The notes: generated from the letters alone by a model not told the origin. Shown: positions 1-10,187, counted from the first letter of the stretch. The stretch is 64,000 nucleotides of DNA from an uncultured virus (IMG/VR IMGVR_UViG_3300025936_000003) (IMGVR_UViG_3300025936_000003); one strand, 5' to 3'. Numbers and translations: made by a program.

Positions 1-2784
1 ACCCCTTCCATCTCGTATCTCAGAACTGATCTCACCTTTAACGCGACGGAGGATAACCTCAACGATCCTCTCATCTCCTTCGTTTCGTTCCCTCACTTCA
101 GGACGAACGTCCGTGTAGTTATTGATGACGACTCTGGTGTCTCCACCTATTTTGTCATTGGGAACGATGGTGCCGTTAGATGAAGGAGAAAATATCTCAG
201 GACCGCGCTCTCCTACCAGATAGCTCTGTCCACGCGAGACGAGTCCACCCGCTGCTTTGGCACCGGTGATTTCAAGATTGACTGATTGGATGGTAGACAC
301 GATGCTCGCAGCCGCAGCAACGACTGTGGCAATCGCGGCTATGTTCGCCGGCCATGGTAGCGCAATGGCCTCGGCAATGCCTTGCTGAATCTTGATGGCT
401 GACGTGGCAATAGCCATCGCTTTGCTGGCAGCAAACATCGCTTTATAGGCCGCAGTCTGTCGACCCCCAAATGATTCAATTGCCTTGCCTAATTCGTCGA
501 ACATGTTCTGCCCAGCCTGAACGAGAACCTGAGCCTGCGCGAGCTGAAGTTGGTGAAGGCGTCGATTGTAAGCTTCCATAGCGGCGAGCTTCTCCTTGTT
601 CGCCTTCTCTCCCATGTCAATGCCCTTCTTTTCGATCTCCGTCAAAATCCTGAGTTTATTCTCGTTCATCTCGATCTCTCGGGCGATAGCCGATTCCTGC
701 GCCACCAAGCGATCTGAGAACAGATCCTGAGTTACCCCACCTGACTCTGTCCCATGTCCGATAATCCCGTGGGCCCTGAGCATGTCAGCTGTCCTCTCAG
801 AACTCAATTCACCCTGCTGCCCAAGCTTCATCGAATCCATCAGCTCAGGGCCAGTAATGTCCCTCATATGCTGTGCCTCAGCTTTGGAGAAGAGTTCAGA
901 CCTTGGAGGCTGACCGAGGAGTTTCAACAGCTCAGTCATCTGGAGATCGTTCAGCTTCCGTTGGATCTTCTCTCCTCCACCCTTAGCAGCATCACCCACC
1001 CTGAGCACCGCCTTCTCGAGTTCCTTGGTACCTTTAGTCGCATCGTCTAGATTCTTCGTCATGTTCTTCAATCCCGGGTCCAGCGCCGGGAAGACAGCGA
1101 CGGCAAACTTCATAAAGGTGCCCCACTCCCCTATCAAATCTTTCACCGCGTTCTTGCTATCGTCGACGAACTTCTTATCGACCTCAGCTGATTGCTGCCG
1201 GGCTTCCTTCAAAACATCAAGGGATTCGGTCACACCATCGTTGACAGCGCGAAAGGCATTCTTGACAGCATTCACCCTCTCAAATTGCATCTTGACATAG
1301 GCTGCGGCGGCTCCGGCAAAATCCCGGTCCAGCAGAGACGCCATCACCTTTGAGGCTCCTTCTGCAACCCCTCCCAGCGCCATCAATCCATCGATGACGG
1401 CACTGATTGAATTCCACCAAATCTTAAGAAGTTTGATCTGGCCGGTGACGGAGATCTCTAATTGAGCAAGATTCCTATTCACCAGCACATCTAGAATGAT
1501 AGCGAGGGACTTGAGTGCCGTCCAAACCAGGCCCACCCCAAAGGCAAAGTATTTGACGACATCAATCATCGTCACCAGGATAGCAGTCAACCAACCACTC
1601 TCCTTCTGGGTCTCAACGAGCCACCTTATGACATCCCTCAGATTCTGATTCAACTCTAGCAACGCAGGAGCGAGAGTCTCTCCTAAGGTGATCAAGAAAT
1701 TCTTCAACTGGTTGCCGGTAATCTCCCACTGGGCGGCGAAGGACTTCATTTGTTTGTCCGAGACGTCACCTATCACATCCCCAGCCGCCCGCAAGTCTTT
1801 CTCAAACGATCGAACCCTTTCAGAAAATCCAATCAAGGAAAGAAGGGCCGACAATGAACGATCATGAAATCCAAGCAACTGAAAAGCAGTCCTTCTCAAT
1901 TCAACCGAAGCACCAGACATGACATCCTCGAGATCCTTCAAGATGTCTGCGGTGTTCCTCATATTGCCCTGGGCATCGAACACACTGATACCAAGATCAT
2001 CGAAAGCCTTCTTATTGGTGATTGCTGTTCTCTGGAGATCACGAAGGACAATAGCAAGAGCTTCACCTGCTGCCTCACCCCTGAGTCCCTGCTCGGCGAA
2101 AGCAGCTAAGACAGCCACACCCTCTTCAACATCCTTGTTCGCCATCCTCAACGCGGCAGCGGCTTTGTTCGACAAGGCCTCGCTGAACTGCTCAACCGAT
2201 CCCTGCGCCAAGATATCAGCCTTCACCAAAACATTGGCCACCCTGGCCATGTTCTTCATATACTCGGTGGTGTCTTGGGTCTTCAAACCTAAAGCGGCTT
2301 GGGCGCTGGTAAGAAGCTGAGTAGCTTTCTCCATCTCAAAGTTACCTGCGGTGGCGAACTTCATCGCAATAGGCAAAGCCACCATCTGCTGCTCAACATT
2401 CAAACCAGCCGAAGCGAGGTAGTAGAAAGATTTGGCGAGTTCATCGGCAGATTTGAGTCCCTCACCTGAAAGCGACAGTGCCAACTCTTCCATCTTCTTC
2501 CGGGTCTTGTCGCTCATGTCTCCCATGATCGCTGTAGACTGCGTCATGGCTTTGTTGAACCGAGCAAATTCAGCAACTGCCGCAGCCCCTATGACACCGA
2601 AGGCCGCAGTCACCCCAAGCGACAGTTTCGTAGCTGTCCTAAGCATCAAATCTGACGTGGAGATCATTCCACGCTCAGCTTCCATCAACCCGGCTAAGAG
2701 ACTTGCAGGATCGGCCGACAAGCGAACGAAAAGAGTACCTAGAGCAATCCCACCAAATCCTCCTCTGAGTGATGAAGATATCAT
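1..2784 (-). CDS. Tail tape measure protein (runs off window start)
   Basis: Read manually from ATG 2784 (MISSSLRGGFGGIALGTLFVRLSAD...); TP901-type core (KSADELAKSFYYLASAGL) and C-terminal AAGGLVSRGQSYLVGERGPEIF motif; frame still open at base 1; follows tail chaperones. Confidence 0.9.
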   Translation of the reverse strand, partial: MISSSLRGGFGGIALGTLFVRLSADPASLLAGLMEAERGMISTSDLMLRTATKLSLGVTAAFGVIGAAAVAEFARFNKAMTQSTAIMGDMSDKTRKKMEELALSLSGEGLKSADELAKSFYYLASAGLNVEQQMVALPIAMKFATAGNFEMEKATQLLTSAQAALGLKTQDTTEYMKNMARVANVLVKADILAQGSVEQFSEALSNKAAAALRMANKDVEEGVAVLAAFAEQGLRGEAAGEALAIVLRDLQRTAITNKKAFDDLGISVFDAQGNMRNTADILKDLEDVMSGASVELRRTAFQLLGFHDRSLSALLSLIGFSERVRSFEKDLRAAGDVIGDVSDKQMKSFAAQWEITGNQLKNFLITLGETLAPALLELNQNLRDVIRWLVETQKESGWLTAILVTMIDVVKYFAFGVGLVWTALKSLAIILDVLVNRNLAQLEISVTGQIKLLKIWWNSISAVIDGLMALGGVAEGASKVMASLLDRDFAGAAAAYVKMQFERVNAVKNAFRAVNDGVTESLDVLKEARQQSAEVDKKFVDDSKNAVKDLIGEWGTFMKFAVAVFPALDPGLKNMTKNLDDATKGTKELEKAVLRVGDAAKGGGEKIQRKLNDLQMTELLKLLGQPPRSELFSKAEAQHMRDITGPELMDSMKLGQQGELSSERTADMLRAHGIIGHGTESGGVTQDLFSDRLVAQESAIAREIEMNENKLRILTEIEKKGIDMGEKANKEKLAAMEAYNRRLHQLQLAQAQVLVQAGQNMFDELGKAIESFGGRQTAAYKAMFAASKAMAIATSAIKIQQGIAEAIALPWPANIAAIATVVAAAASIVSTIQSVNLEITGAKAAGGLVSRGQSYLVGERGPEIFSPSSNGTIVPNDKIGGDTRVVINNYTDVRPEVRERNEGDERIVEVILRRVKGEISSEIRDGRG

Positions 2785-2787
2785 AGG

Positions 2788-3045
2788 TCAGTTGAGAGTA
2801 ATTCCCAAAGCCGCTGCCCAGGTTTGTTTAGAGTTATGGGACTTCTCTTCTCCTGGTGTCTTCTCACCAAGAAGGAAATGATCCACTTTGACTTTGCTGG
2901 GGTTCTTCACGTAACCCCGTCTGACTTCGGCAGCGATTTGGGCAAAATACATATCGCGCTTTGAATTCCTGCGGTGGACGAGTTTGAGGTATTCGAGCCA
3001 TTCAATGAATTCGGTGAATGTCACCCGAGACATCAACTCCCGCAC
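2788..3045 (-). CDS. Tail assembly chaperone C-terminal extension (gpGT-like, reached by -1 frameshift)
   Basis: -1 frame is open from the slippery A-run at 3102-3108 into this ORF; lies between chaperone and tape measure. Confidence 0.75.
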   Translation of the reverse strand: MRELMSRVTFTEFIEWLEYLKLVHRRNSKRDMYFAQIAAEVRRGYVKNPSKVKVDHFLLGEKTPGEEKSHNSKQTWAAALGITLN

Positions 3046-3095
3046 TGGAATCCTGAGGTGGGAAGCGACTTCAAACCAACCGAGCCTCTCACCTC

Positions 3096-3464
3096 TCAGT
3101 CTTTTTTTGCTTCTTCGGTGGCTTTCTTCGACTCAACTTCGTTCAGGTAGTTGATCTCTTGCGCCCTTTTGTAGAGCTCCGAAACCACCGAGGAGGGCCA
3201 GCCTTGAATCTCTACCGGGAGGACGAGTTTCCCGTCTCGGTAGAGACACCGGCTGAGAAGGTCAGACTGCAAACCTTCGAATTTGTTGAGTCCAACGGGA
3301 CGCCCCTGGACATCCAATCGCGTCCGCGCTGCCAGTTTGTCCAAAAACTGATCTCGCATCAAACTGGTCATTTCACGAAGTTCGTAGTGAACCTCACCCT
3401 CCCCGTTCTTGAGAGTGACAGGGAGGGACTTTATGGTGAGATCTAATGAGACAGGTTCGTTCAT
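3096..3464 (-). CDS. Tail assembly chaperone (gpG-like)
   Basis: Between tail tube and tape measure; ends GCA AAA AAA GAC TGA. Confidence 0.8.
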   Translation of the reverse strand: MNEPVSLDLTIKSLPVTLKNGEGEVHYELREMTSLMRDQFLDKLAARTRLDVQGRPVGLNKFEGLQSDLLSRCLYRDGKLVLPVEIQGWPSSVVSELYKRAQEINYLNEVESKKATEEAKKD

Positions 3465-3483
3465 ACGGCAATTGAATTACGAA

Positions 3484-3930
3484 TTAGGTGTCGACGTTCG
3501 AGTGGTAGACCGGCGCTGTTTCGGCTCCGTCACCGTCAACGTTGCCCGGCTGGATGGTGATAGTAGCGGTAGGCTGCTCACCTTCGGACATCGCGCCGGG
3601 AGTGAATGACTCAATCCAGCCCCAGAAGACGATGAAAGACGCGTCTGGGAACGTGATGGTGCATTCCTGATTGATTCCCACCTGACTCATCAACTCTGGG
3701 ATGGCTTCGGTAGCGTAGGCCACCGTCGCGGTGACGGGGGTGAGAGACTTCAGATTGCGTGGTGACATCGTCCGCCACGTAGTATTCCGCATGGTGGTGG
3801 TGTCAATCGCCCCACCTGCCGTCATCCCAGGAGGAGTGATCTCTTTCTCAAACAGCTTCACACTCGGCAGGTTGGAGAACGAGATGATTGTAGCAAATCC
3901 GTCATCAAGTCTGATTTGGTTTGGATCCAT
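3484..3930 (-). CDS. Major tail tube protein
   Basis: 148 aa, Thr-rich; IDTTTM and TITFPD..IVFWGWIESFTPG..EGEQPTATITI pattern typical of siphovirus tubes; synteny. Confidence 0.8.
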   Translation of the reverse strand: MDPNQIRLDDGFATIISFSNLPSVKLFEKEITPPGMTAGGAIDTTTMRNTTWRTMSPRNLKSLTPVTATVAYATEAIPELMSQVGINQECTITFPDASFIVFWGWIESFTPGAMSEGEQPTATITIQPGNVDGDGAETAPVYHSNVDT

Positions 3931-3953
3931 ATTACCTTTCTTCGGTTAGGGGT

Positions 3954-4424
3954 TCATTGGCCGGACAAGAGAAGAGCGCCCCCTTCACCACCCAGATCTA
4001 TATTGAAGGGTTCACCTCTTTGGAGAGTCAAGATCATATTCATCGTAAAGTGGTGGCGCCTTATCCGCCCGGCATCTTCAACTCCCACCGGGATGATTGC
4101 CCCCGTCCGTGAGACATTGTGGATAATGTAGTCCTCCTCTTCGGTGGTCACAACATTTTTCTGCACCGTGTCGAGTGCTAGGGCGATAAGGTTCGCCTTC
4201 TCCCACGTGTCCTTGTAGACAGGACCTCGCACGCGAATCTGAATTCCAGGGTGCTCAATCCTTTCACCTGTCCGCATCATCCGACCATCCATTATGCCTG
4301 CTGTGTCGTAAACGCAGATGGCATTGTCAGGGTCGTCAGGCAGGAATGCCATGAAGAGACCCCAATCACCAACCAACTCTTCCTCGAGCAAGAGCTGGTG
4401 AATTGCTAGAGAGGGAGCATTCAT
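3954..4424 (-). CDS. Tail terminator / minor capsid 3-like protein
   Basis: PDDPDNAICVYDTAG...HPGIQIRVRG pattern; directly upstream of tube. Confidence 0.65.
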   Translation of the reverse strand: MNAPSLAIHQLLLEEELVGDWGLFMAFLPDDPDNAICVYDTAGIMDGRMMRTGERIEHPGIQIRVRGPVYKDTWEKANLIALALDTVQKNVVTTEEEDYIIHNVSRTGAIIPVGVEDAGRIRRHHFTMNMILTLQRGEPFNIDLGGEGGALLLSGQ

Positions 4425-4861
4425 TTGAAGTCTGGTGGATTCCAGTTGAGAAGAGCACGTTCTTTGATGATCTTCAGCAACTCTGGTGCCAGGCGACGAG
4501 AAGGTTCTTCGAGAAACTTGGCTTGGGCCGGAGGCTGTGGGTCCCAGTATCGGCCGATCCCGCTCGGCCGAGGTTGACCTTTGAGAACCATTCCTACTGC
4601 CTCATGAACGGCCATCGCGTAGGGTGCTGTGAAACCCACACTCATCTTCGTGGCAAATCCCGTCCCTTCAACCCTAGCGTAGACCGAAGCTTTCAAAGCC
4701 CCTGTTTCTACCGGCACGAGTCTTGCGCTCTCTTGCCGGAGACGCCATCCTGCTAGTTTGATACCCTCTTCCACGTCTGCTGCAATCTTGTTACCGCAGA
4801 AGCGCAAAGTCAGCAAACACTCACGCAGGCCACCAATTTGGTTGAGCTTCTCTTGTATCAT
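4421..4861 (-). CDS. HK97 gp10-like tail completion/neck protein
   Basis: LVPVETGALKAS, TAPYAMAVHE, QAKFLEEP motifs. Confidence 0.75.
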   Translation of the reverse strand: MIQEKLNQIGGLRECLLTLRFCGNKIAADVEEGIKLAGWRLRQESARLVPVETGALKASVYARVEGTGFATKMSVGFTAPYAMAVHEAVGMVLKGQPRPSGIGRYWDPQPPAQAKFLEEPSRRLAPELLKIIKERALLNWNPPDFK

Positions 4862-5187
4862 AGGTAAGCTGTCAGCAAGACAGCCTTATTCTTCAGGTCT
4901 GGGAGCTGGTCAAACTTCTGGATCTCGAAAGCATCGGTGATACTAGAATTTGAGTCGAGTTCACCCCGTAAGAGTTTATCGCCCACACTCATCACCCGGT
5001 CCACGTAAACGACCGATCTGGAGGTTCGGGTCTGTCCCCTCGGGTCCAGGAACTCTTGGGAAACATCTTCCCACCTGCACTTGACTTCTACCGGATCAGC
5101 AAAGGCAAATTCACCGTAGGTGTTTGGCTCACCTCGTTGCCACCAGACAGCTTTCTGCTTCCGCATCCTTTTGAGAAATCCAATCAC
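4858..5187 (-). CDS. Head closure / head-tail adaptor protein
   Basis: 109 aa beta-rich (YGEFAFADPVEVKCRWE); neck synteny. Confidence 0.6.
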   Translation of the reverse strand: MIGFLKRMRKQKAVWWQRGEPNTYGEFAFADPVEVKCRWEDVSQEFLDPRGQTRTSRSVVYVDRVMSVGDKLLRGELDSNSSITDAFEIQKFDQLPDLKNKAVLLTAYL

Positions 5188-5831
5188 GAGACCTCCTTAG
5201 CCGGAAGCACAGAATCCAATCCTGTGAAAGTGATCTCCTGAAAGCATTTCAACCTGGAAGTCCCATCCGTCACGTTGAATACCTGCACACCCGCCGGAAG
5301 ATCCCTCTTGACCCTTTCAAAGCCCCTGATGAAACCCTGAAATGAATCTTCCCTGATGACCTTAGTATTGTGCTGGTGCCAGTGGGACACCTTCCCTTGG
5401 TTGCCCAAATCGTATCCCAGCAGAAAGATCCGGCTCGCTCCTAGGCGAATAGCAAGAGCAATCGCGCTGGCACCAGTCGAGAAGTTCCACCCTAGCGTGG
5501 TCCCTCCGTGAAGTCCATCTCTGGCACGATCCATCTTGAGAATGTTCGGCAGGTTATAGTGAAGCAGGAAGGCACAATTGGTTACCACCCTGTTCTGAAA
5601 AGTATTCAGAGCGTGCTTGTTCCTCTCCCACCACATCCTATCTGAAAAGAGACAAATCTGAACGATAGCCGGGCCCAGGTGATAGGCATCATTACAGCCA
5701 ATAGTGTTGAGCCCTTCGAGTTTGGTGAAGTCGAATTCCTTGAGCGAGGGTCCGCCCCCAATCAAAAAGGCGTCCTCCCCCTCCCACTCTGGTCCTGGCA
5801 GCCAGAGCTCTATGGAGTGGTCCCCAGCCAT
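5184..5831 (-). CDS. DUF115/MptE-like (Maf/CstII-fold) putative glycosyltransferase
   Basis: AFLIGGGPSL, TIGCND, STGASAIALAIRLGASRIFLLGYD motifs. Confidence 0.65.
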   Translation of the reverse strand: MAGDHSIELWLPGPEWEGEDAFLIGGGPSLKEFDFTKLEGLNTIGCNDAYHLGPAIVQICLFSDRMWWERNKHALNTFQNRVVTNCAFLLHYNLPNILKMDRARDGLHGGTTLGWNFSTGASAIALAIRLGASRIFLLGYDLGNQGKVSHWHQHNTKVIREDSFQGFIRGFERVKRDLPAGVQVFNVTDGTSRLKCFQEITFTGLDSVLPAKEVS

Positions 5832-6178
5832 GTAACGCTCGGTCTCCTCTTTCCAGCAGACAACGCTCTCAACTGACCACTGGTGTCAAGAGTCATTGCC
5901 ATCTGCCCGTAATGGGAGGTTGCTAGGTTCAGATCTACCGCGCTTTGGTATCTCACCTCAATGGTGGATGCCCTTTCGGAAGTCGGCCGGGGGTCGCGGA
6001 CAGTGTAGAAATGAGCAGCGAGCCAGGTCTCAATAAGCTGAAGTCTCTCTGAATCGTGTCCAGACTTCTCTGCAATGTCATCTACCAAAGCCGATGCCGC
6101 GAGGATGAATGGGTCGAGGGTTATCGACTCATCCACCTCAATAATTCCGGCGACCAGCTCTGATGTAGTGCGTGACAT
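5810..6178 (-). CDS. Head-tail connector protein
   Basis: IETWLAAHF...TSHYGQ pattern; two genes after MCP. Confidence 0.65.
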   Translation of the reverse strand: MSRTTSELVAGIIEVDESITLDPFILAASALVDDIAEKSGHDSERLQLIETWLAAHFYTVRDPRPTSERASTIEVRYQSAVDLNLATSHYGQMAMTLDTSGQLRALSAGKRRPSVTWLGTTP

Positions 6179-6408
6179 TATTCATCGTCGGCCCAGTCCT
6201 CCTCTTTCTTCGCCTTCTTCTTTTTTGGCTTAGCAGGAGTGGCATCGGCCTCAGTGAGTTGGGGGGCGGGAGGAGTCGGCTCGGTGACCCTCTCAAACTT
6301 CTCTTTGAAAAGAGTCGTTAGGTCAAGCGGAGACTCAACGACCTGCCCTTTGGTGTAGGTTCTGCCTCCCTGGATATGGGTGCCCTCTTTAATCTTGAAT
6401 TTTGGCAT
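6178..6408 (-). CDS. Small virion-associated hypothetical protein
   Basis: 76 aa ORF after MCP; preceded by AGATAATA motif. Confidence 0.5.
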   Translation of the reverse strand: MPKFKIKEGTHIQGGRTYTKGQVVESPLDLTTLFKEKFERVTEPTPPAPQLTEADATPAKPKKKKAKKEEDWADDE

Positions 6409-6425
6409 GACCTATTATCTGATTG

Positions 6426-6460
6426 AAAAACAGCCGCCCACCTGCGTGGGGTGGGCGGCT
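6426..6460 (-). terminator. Intrinsic terminator after major capsid gene
   Basis: Minus strand AGCCGCCCAC-loop-GTGGGCGGCT followed by GTTTTT. Confidence 0.85.
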
Positions 6461-6479
6461 TCATGAACAGGACTCATCT

Positions 6480-7538
6480 TTACGCCGCAGCGCCGTGGAC
6501 GAGACCCGTGTTACCATTCATGTCGGCCCTGAGCTGGGGAACCATGATGGCCATCACTTTGAAGTGGATTCTCATTCCGCCCATTGTCTCCCATTGGACG
6601 GTGGTGATGTCCATCCCAATCACCATTCGGACGACGTCCGTCGTCTGCTGGACGAGAATCAGCGAGAAACCCGTTCCCAGGTAATCCGCCGTCTTGGTAG
6701 CTCCAATGCCCTGAATAGCGGCCAACCGCTGCCGCAGGGTGTTGTCGCCTTTGGCCGTCGAGTAGTCGTCATCCAAATACTCATCCCAAGCGGGAGAGTT
6801 GTAGAGGATCCAAGGACCGTAGTGGAAGTGGTTCTCACTCGCCTGTCGCATCGCGAGAACCTCTCTCACCGTCACTGCCGGCGTCCATCCCGTATCTTCG
6901 GGCGAGGTCAAAACCTGCGTGAGACGCTGTGGGAAGTTGGTCAGGCCGTAGATGGTTCCTCCACCATAACTGAACGAAGGGGCCGTTCCAACCACCAATT
7001 TCTCGGCTTCCTCGGCCACGCGTCGCGCAGCCAACTGACCCGTTGTGACGTCAATCGGAGCACCTCGCTCGCGCGACGTCGCAATCTGCCGGGCGTTGAA
7101 GAAGAAGTCCTTGTGGATGACCGGCAACGGAAGGTTCACCAAGTCATACTCAGGTCGATCCCCTTCAGCCTGCCGGGCAGGATCCATGCTGATCGTCGCC
7201 GGCGTGATGTCGCTGACCCGTTCGGTTTCCAAGACCGTCTTCCCCATGCCGTTTGGAATGGTGAACGTTAGTCCCGCACCGCGCAGATCGGCCACAACCC
7301 GCAAGCGATCTTTCGCCGCCGCGACAATCGCGTCGTCGATGATCTTCCACTCATCCTTCCGCAGCGTCGCATTGGCGACTGGCGTGGCGCGGGCAATGAG
7401 TTTGCCGCCCTGATTTTGGGCGATGTAATGACGACCGTCCTTCCCGACCCAGGGCCGAAGTGAGGCAACGTCAAAGCCATTGTTCAAAAGAGTCGTTGCG
7501 ACACTCCCTTGAGCTTGTCCGTTTAGAATGAAGTCCAT
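6480..7538 (-). CDS. Major capsid protein (HK97 fold, encapsulin/Linocin-like family)
   Basis: 352 aa; LPLPVIHKDF, AARRVAEEAEKLV, IYGLTNFP; after decoration protein and protease, followed by terminator. Confidence 0.85.
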   Translation of the reverse strand: MDFILNGQAQGSVATTLLNNGFDVASLRPWVGKDGRHYIAQNQGGKLIARATPVANATLRKDEWKIIDDAIVAAAKDRLRVVADLRGAGLTFTIPNGMGKTVLETERVSDITPATISMDPARQAEGDRPEYDLVNLPLPVIHKDFFFNARQIATSRERGAPIDVTTGQLAARRVAEEAEKLVVGTAPSFSYGGGTIYGLTNFPQRLTQVLTSPEDTGWTPAVTVREVLAMRQASENHFHYGPWILYNSPAWDEYLDDDYSTAKGDNTLRQRLAAIQGIGATKTADYLGTGFSLILVQQTTDVVRMVIGMDITTVQWETMGGMRIHFKVMAIMVPQLRADMNGNTGLVHGAAA

Positions 7539-7573
7539 ATGAGTTTCTTTCAGGTAGTTGATTGTTGGTTGCC

Positions 7574-8005
7574 TTACAGGAGCCTCACGCGGAGCCTTTC
7601 ATCTGCCGATTCGCTGTCAGCCAGGTTCAAGGTGTCCAGCGACACAGCGATGGGTTTGTCAGTGCCCGTCACCTTCTTCAGCGCACCGTCGCCGTTGCTG
7701 GTGAGCAAGTCACCCTTGGCTACGTTTTCGCCCCATGACAACCAGGCGTAGACGACGTCGCCGGGAGCACCGTTGACGATACTCACCAAGTCGTCGGCCG
7801 CATAGTTATCGTCGATCCCGTTACCTTGTAGCGCATCTTCCAAGGCGAAGTTGCGTTCGGCGTAGCCGCCCGCTGTCGCGTGCTTGATTACCTCCCCGTC
7901 CGAGTTGAGCTTGAGAAGATCGCCCGGCCGAATGGCTTCGGCAGCGGTCGCCTCCTCATGCCGGCCACTGCCGAGCAAGTGGATTCTTTTTGGAACTTCA
8001 GGCAT
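7574..8005 (-). CDS. Head decoration/cement protein
   Basis: 143 aa Gly/Ala-rich (GENVAKGDLLTSNGDGAL) between protease and MCP. Confidence 0.7.
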   Translation of the reverse strand: MPEVPKRIHLLGSGRHEEATAAEAIRPGDLLKLNSDGEVIKHATAGGYAERNFALEDALQGNGIDDNYAADDLVSIVNGAPGDVVYAWLSWGENVAKGDLLTSNGDGALKKVTGTDKPIAVSLDTLNLADSESADERLRVRLL

Positions 8006-8042
8006 ATGATTCTTCCTGTTTGATTGTTATGGGTTGAGTGAT

Positions 8043-9647
8043 TCAGTTCTTGGCGAAGTTCAGAACCGGAATCTCCATCGGTTCCTCTGCCGTGTTGTCC
8101 GTCCGAGTCGGCGCCTGACCCGAATAATTGGGAATGCGACTCTGTCCCCCATCGTCGGGTTTCGCCGCCAGCCGAGCGAGATTCTTGATCTCGTTCAGGT
8201 GCTTGGCTTCCAGTTCCTGCTTCGTGAATCCGTTGTTCTCGTTGGCCAAGATGATCTGGATGAGCTTCGCCTTCTCTTCGTTGTAGACAGCGATGCTGTT
8301 ATTCAGCACCTCCTGCATCTGCGGAGGCGCAGACTTGATGAAGTCCTGAACCGACACGACATTGTTCGCCGGAGGGGATCCGGCGGCGGACTGTGGTGCT
8401 GTTCCAGGGTTGCCCGCCGCCGGCGCCGCCGCCGGGGGTGCCGTGCCCGCCGGGGATTTGGAAAGGCTGATGCGCTCAAGCTGCTCTTCGGTGAAGTTGT
8501 TCAGCTGCGGCCGATCTGCCTCCGTCAACCCGACGTTGGCAGCGATGAGGGAATCAATCTTCTCTTTCGCTTTGGCCGTTGGGGTCGGAGGTTCGGGTGG
8601 CTGAACGTTCTTCTGAACCAACTTCAGTTGGTTCTCATTCAAAGCCATCAAAGCATCGCGGTCGGTCTCACTCCAACCGAGATTAGCTGCGATGATAGCA
8701 TCCACTACCTTTTTCTTGTTCATAGGTGCATTGGGGTTGGTGTTGCCGACGAAGGCCCCCGTAGTCGTTCGATACTCGGTGACCCTCATTACCTCGACTG
8801 GATCCTCGTCACTCAACGAGACTCCTGTATCTTTTGCTGTGTAGCCGAGGCGCCACAGTTTGCCATCCCTTTCGTAGATGACAAAATTGGAGAAAACATC
8901 TAGGACCCAGATCCAAGGTCCGTTGGGATCGTTGGCATTGAACTTCTCTCGTAAAGCCGTTGACAATGCCGATGAAATGTTAGAGAAGGACATCTCGTTC
9001 TCTACGAGACCCATTCTCACCAGTGCCTGCCGAAACGCCTTCAGGGAAGGATCCTTCCGGAGCGTCTCTAGCAAGTCCCTTCCTGCTTGGTTGCGAAGCA
9101 AACCGGCACCGTCGGCAATGGAGCACGCTCCCACCTGGTCCGGCAAAAGGGCGAGGTGGTCGGGTCTATAATTGCGGGCGATGCCAGTGTAATCTTCGCC
9201 CTTCCACGTGCCAGTGGTGTCCTCAACATCAATAAAGAGCCCCGTGGAGAGTTCCATCATCTCCTTGGCGTCTACCGCGGTCATGATTCGGTCATCGACG
9301 GTGTTGGCTCGATCTTTCTCAATCCAAGCTTCTGATTTGAGACGACCTTTGTCCCACTTGGTGTTCATCATCACTCCAACCTTGCGGTTGTTGATAACGA
9401 CCGGATCACAAGCAGAAATCCCTTCACCATTGATGGACGGGTGGTAAACAACGATGGGTTTGTGGTTCCACGTGGCCGGAGTCTTAGACAGCTCGTCCTT
9501 TGGATAGTAGAGTGGACCCTGCGATCCTGAATGGACTCCCTCAGTCAGGATTATCATTGGGACCACGACGTGCTCCCGCCCTTCCAGATTATCCACCCGG
9601 CACCCGGTAGGGAGCAGATTGCAAGTCAATCTTGAGAATACTTTCAT
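8043..9647 (-). CDS. Capsid maturation protease (DUF2213-like) with scaffold extension
   Basis: WNHKPIVVYHP, MELSTG, PDHLALLPDQVGACSIADGAG; Pro/Ala-rich linker and helical C-terminus. Confidence 0.8.
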   Translation of the reverse strand: MKVFSRLTCNLLPTGCRVDNLEGREHVVVPMIILTEGVHSGSQGPLYYPKDELSKTPATWNHKPIVVYHPSINGEGISACDPVVINNRKVGVMMNTKWDKGRLKSEAWIEKDRANTVDDRIMTAVDAKEMMELSTGLFIDVEDTTGTWKGEDYTGIARNYRPDHLALLPDQVGACSIADGAGLLRNQAGRDLLETLRKDPSLKAFRQALVRMGLVENEMSFSNISSALSTALREKFNANDPNGPWIWVLDVFSNFVIYERDGKLWRLGYTAKDTGVSLSDEDPVEVMRVTEYRTTTGAFVGNTNPNAPMNKKKVVDAIIAANLGWSETDRDALMALNENQLKLVQKNVQPPEPPTPTAKAKEKIDSLIAANVGLTEADRPQLNNFTEEQLERISLSKSPAGTAPPAAAPAAGNPGTAPQSAAGSPPANNVVSVQDFIKSAPPQMQEVLNNSIAVYNEEKAKLIQIILANENNGFTKQELEAKHLNEIKNLARLAAKPDDGGQSRIPNYSGQAPTRTDNTAEEPMEIPVLNFAKN

Positions 9648-9755
9648 TTCACCTAGATAGAAATGGTGGACTCTATCATTTCATAGGACTTTTACTGCGA
9701 GAAGCATTCTCCGTAAAGAACAATGTTTACGAATCTTTTCTGGGGTTTGAGCGAA

Positions 9756-10187
9756 TCAATTCCCTTGGTGTATCCTCTGAGTAGATTCTTTCAGAGACTC
9801 TTCTGGGTTGACTTGTATGAAAGGTCTCAAGATGATGGATGAAGACATCAATTTCAAGGAGATTTCTTCAGGCTTGCAAGAAGCTATTATGGCATCCACA
9901 TCCGCGATGGTCATGCGGTTGCTTATCGCACTGGAGATGATTTTAAGCGACTCACCAAGGAGTTGGTACTGCTGACAGAGCACCGTGTATTGAGCAACGA
10001 GAGCGACGTAGCCACTATCCATCTCCTTCGCTATGGCTTCCAAATCCTTCCATCGTCTCTCTACCTCATTGACAGAAATTCCCATCTTGGCAGCAATGAG
10101 ATGATTGGGTATTCCTGCCATCTTGTATCTCACCAGCACTTTATCATCATCAATGTTTTTCATGTCTGTGCTCCTGAATGTAGTCAA
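9756..10187 (-). CDS. HTH-containing hypothetical protein
   Basis: GIPNHLIAAKMGISVNEVERRW helix-turn-helix. Confidence 0.5.
   Translation of the reverse strand: MTTFRSTDMKNIDDDKVLVRYKMAGIPNHLIAAKMGISVNEVERRWKDLEAIAKEMDSGYVALVAQYTVLCQQYQLLGESLKIISSAISNRMTIADVDAIIASCKPEEISLKLMSSSIILRPFIQVNPEESLKESTQRIHQGN

Noticed and set aside
6480..7538. Encapsulin nanocompartment / bacteriocin
   Set aside because: Sits in a canonical portal-protease-decoration-capsid-neck-tail order, so it is the phage major capsid protein
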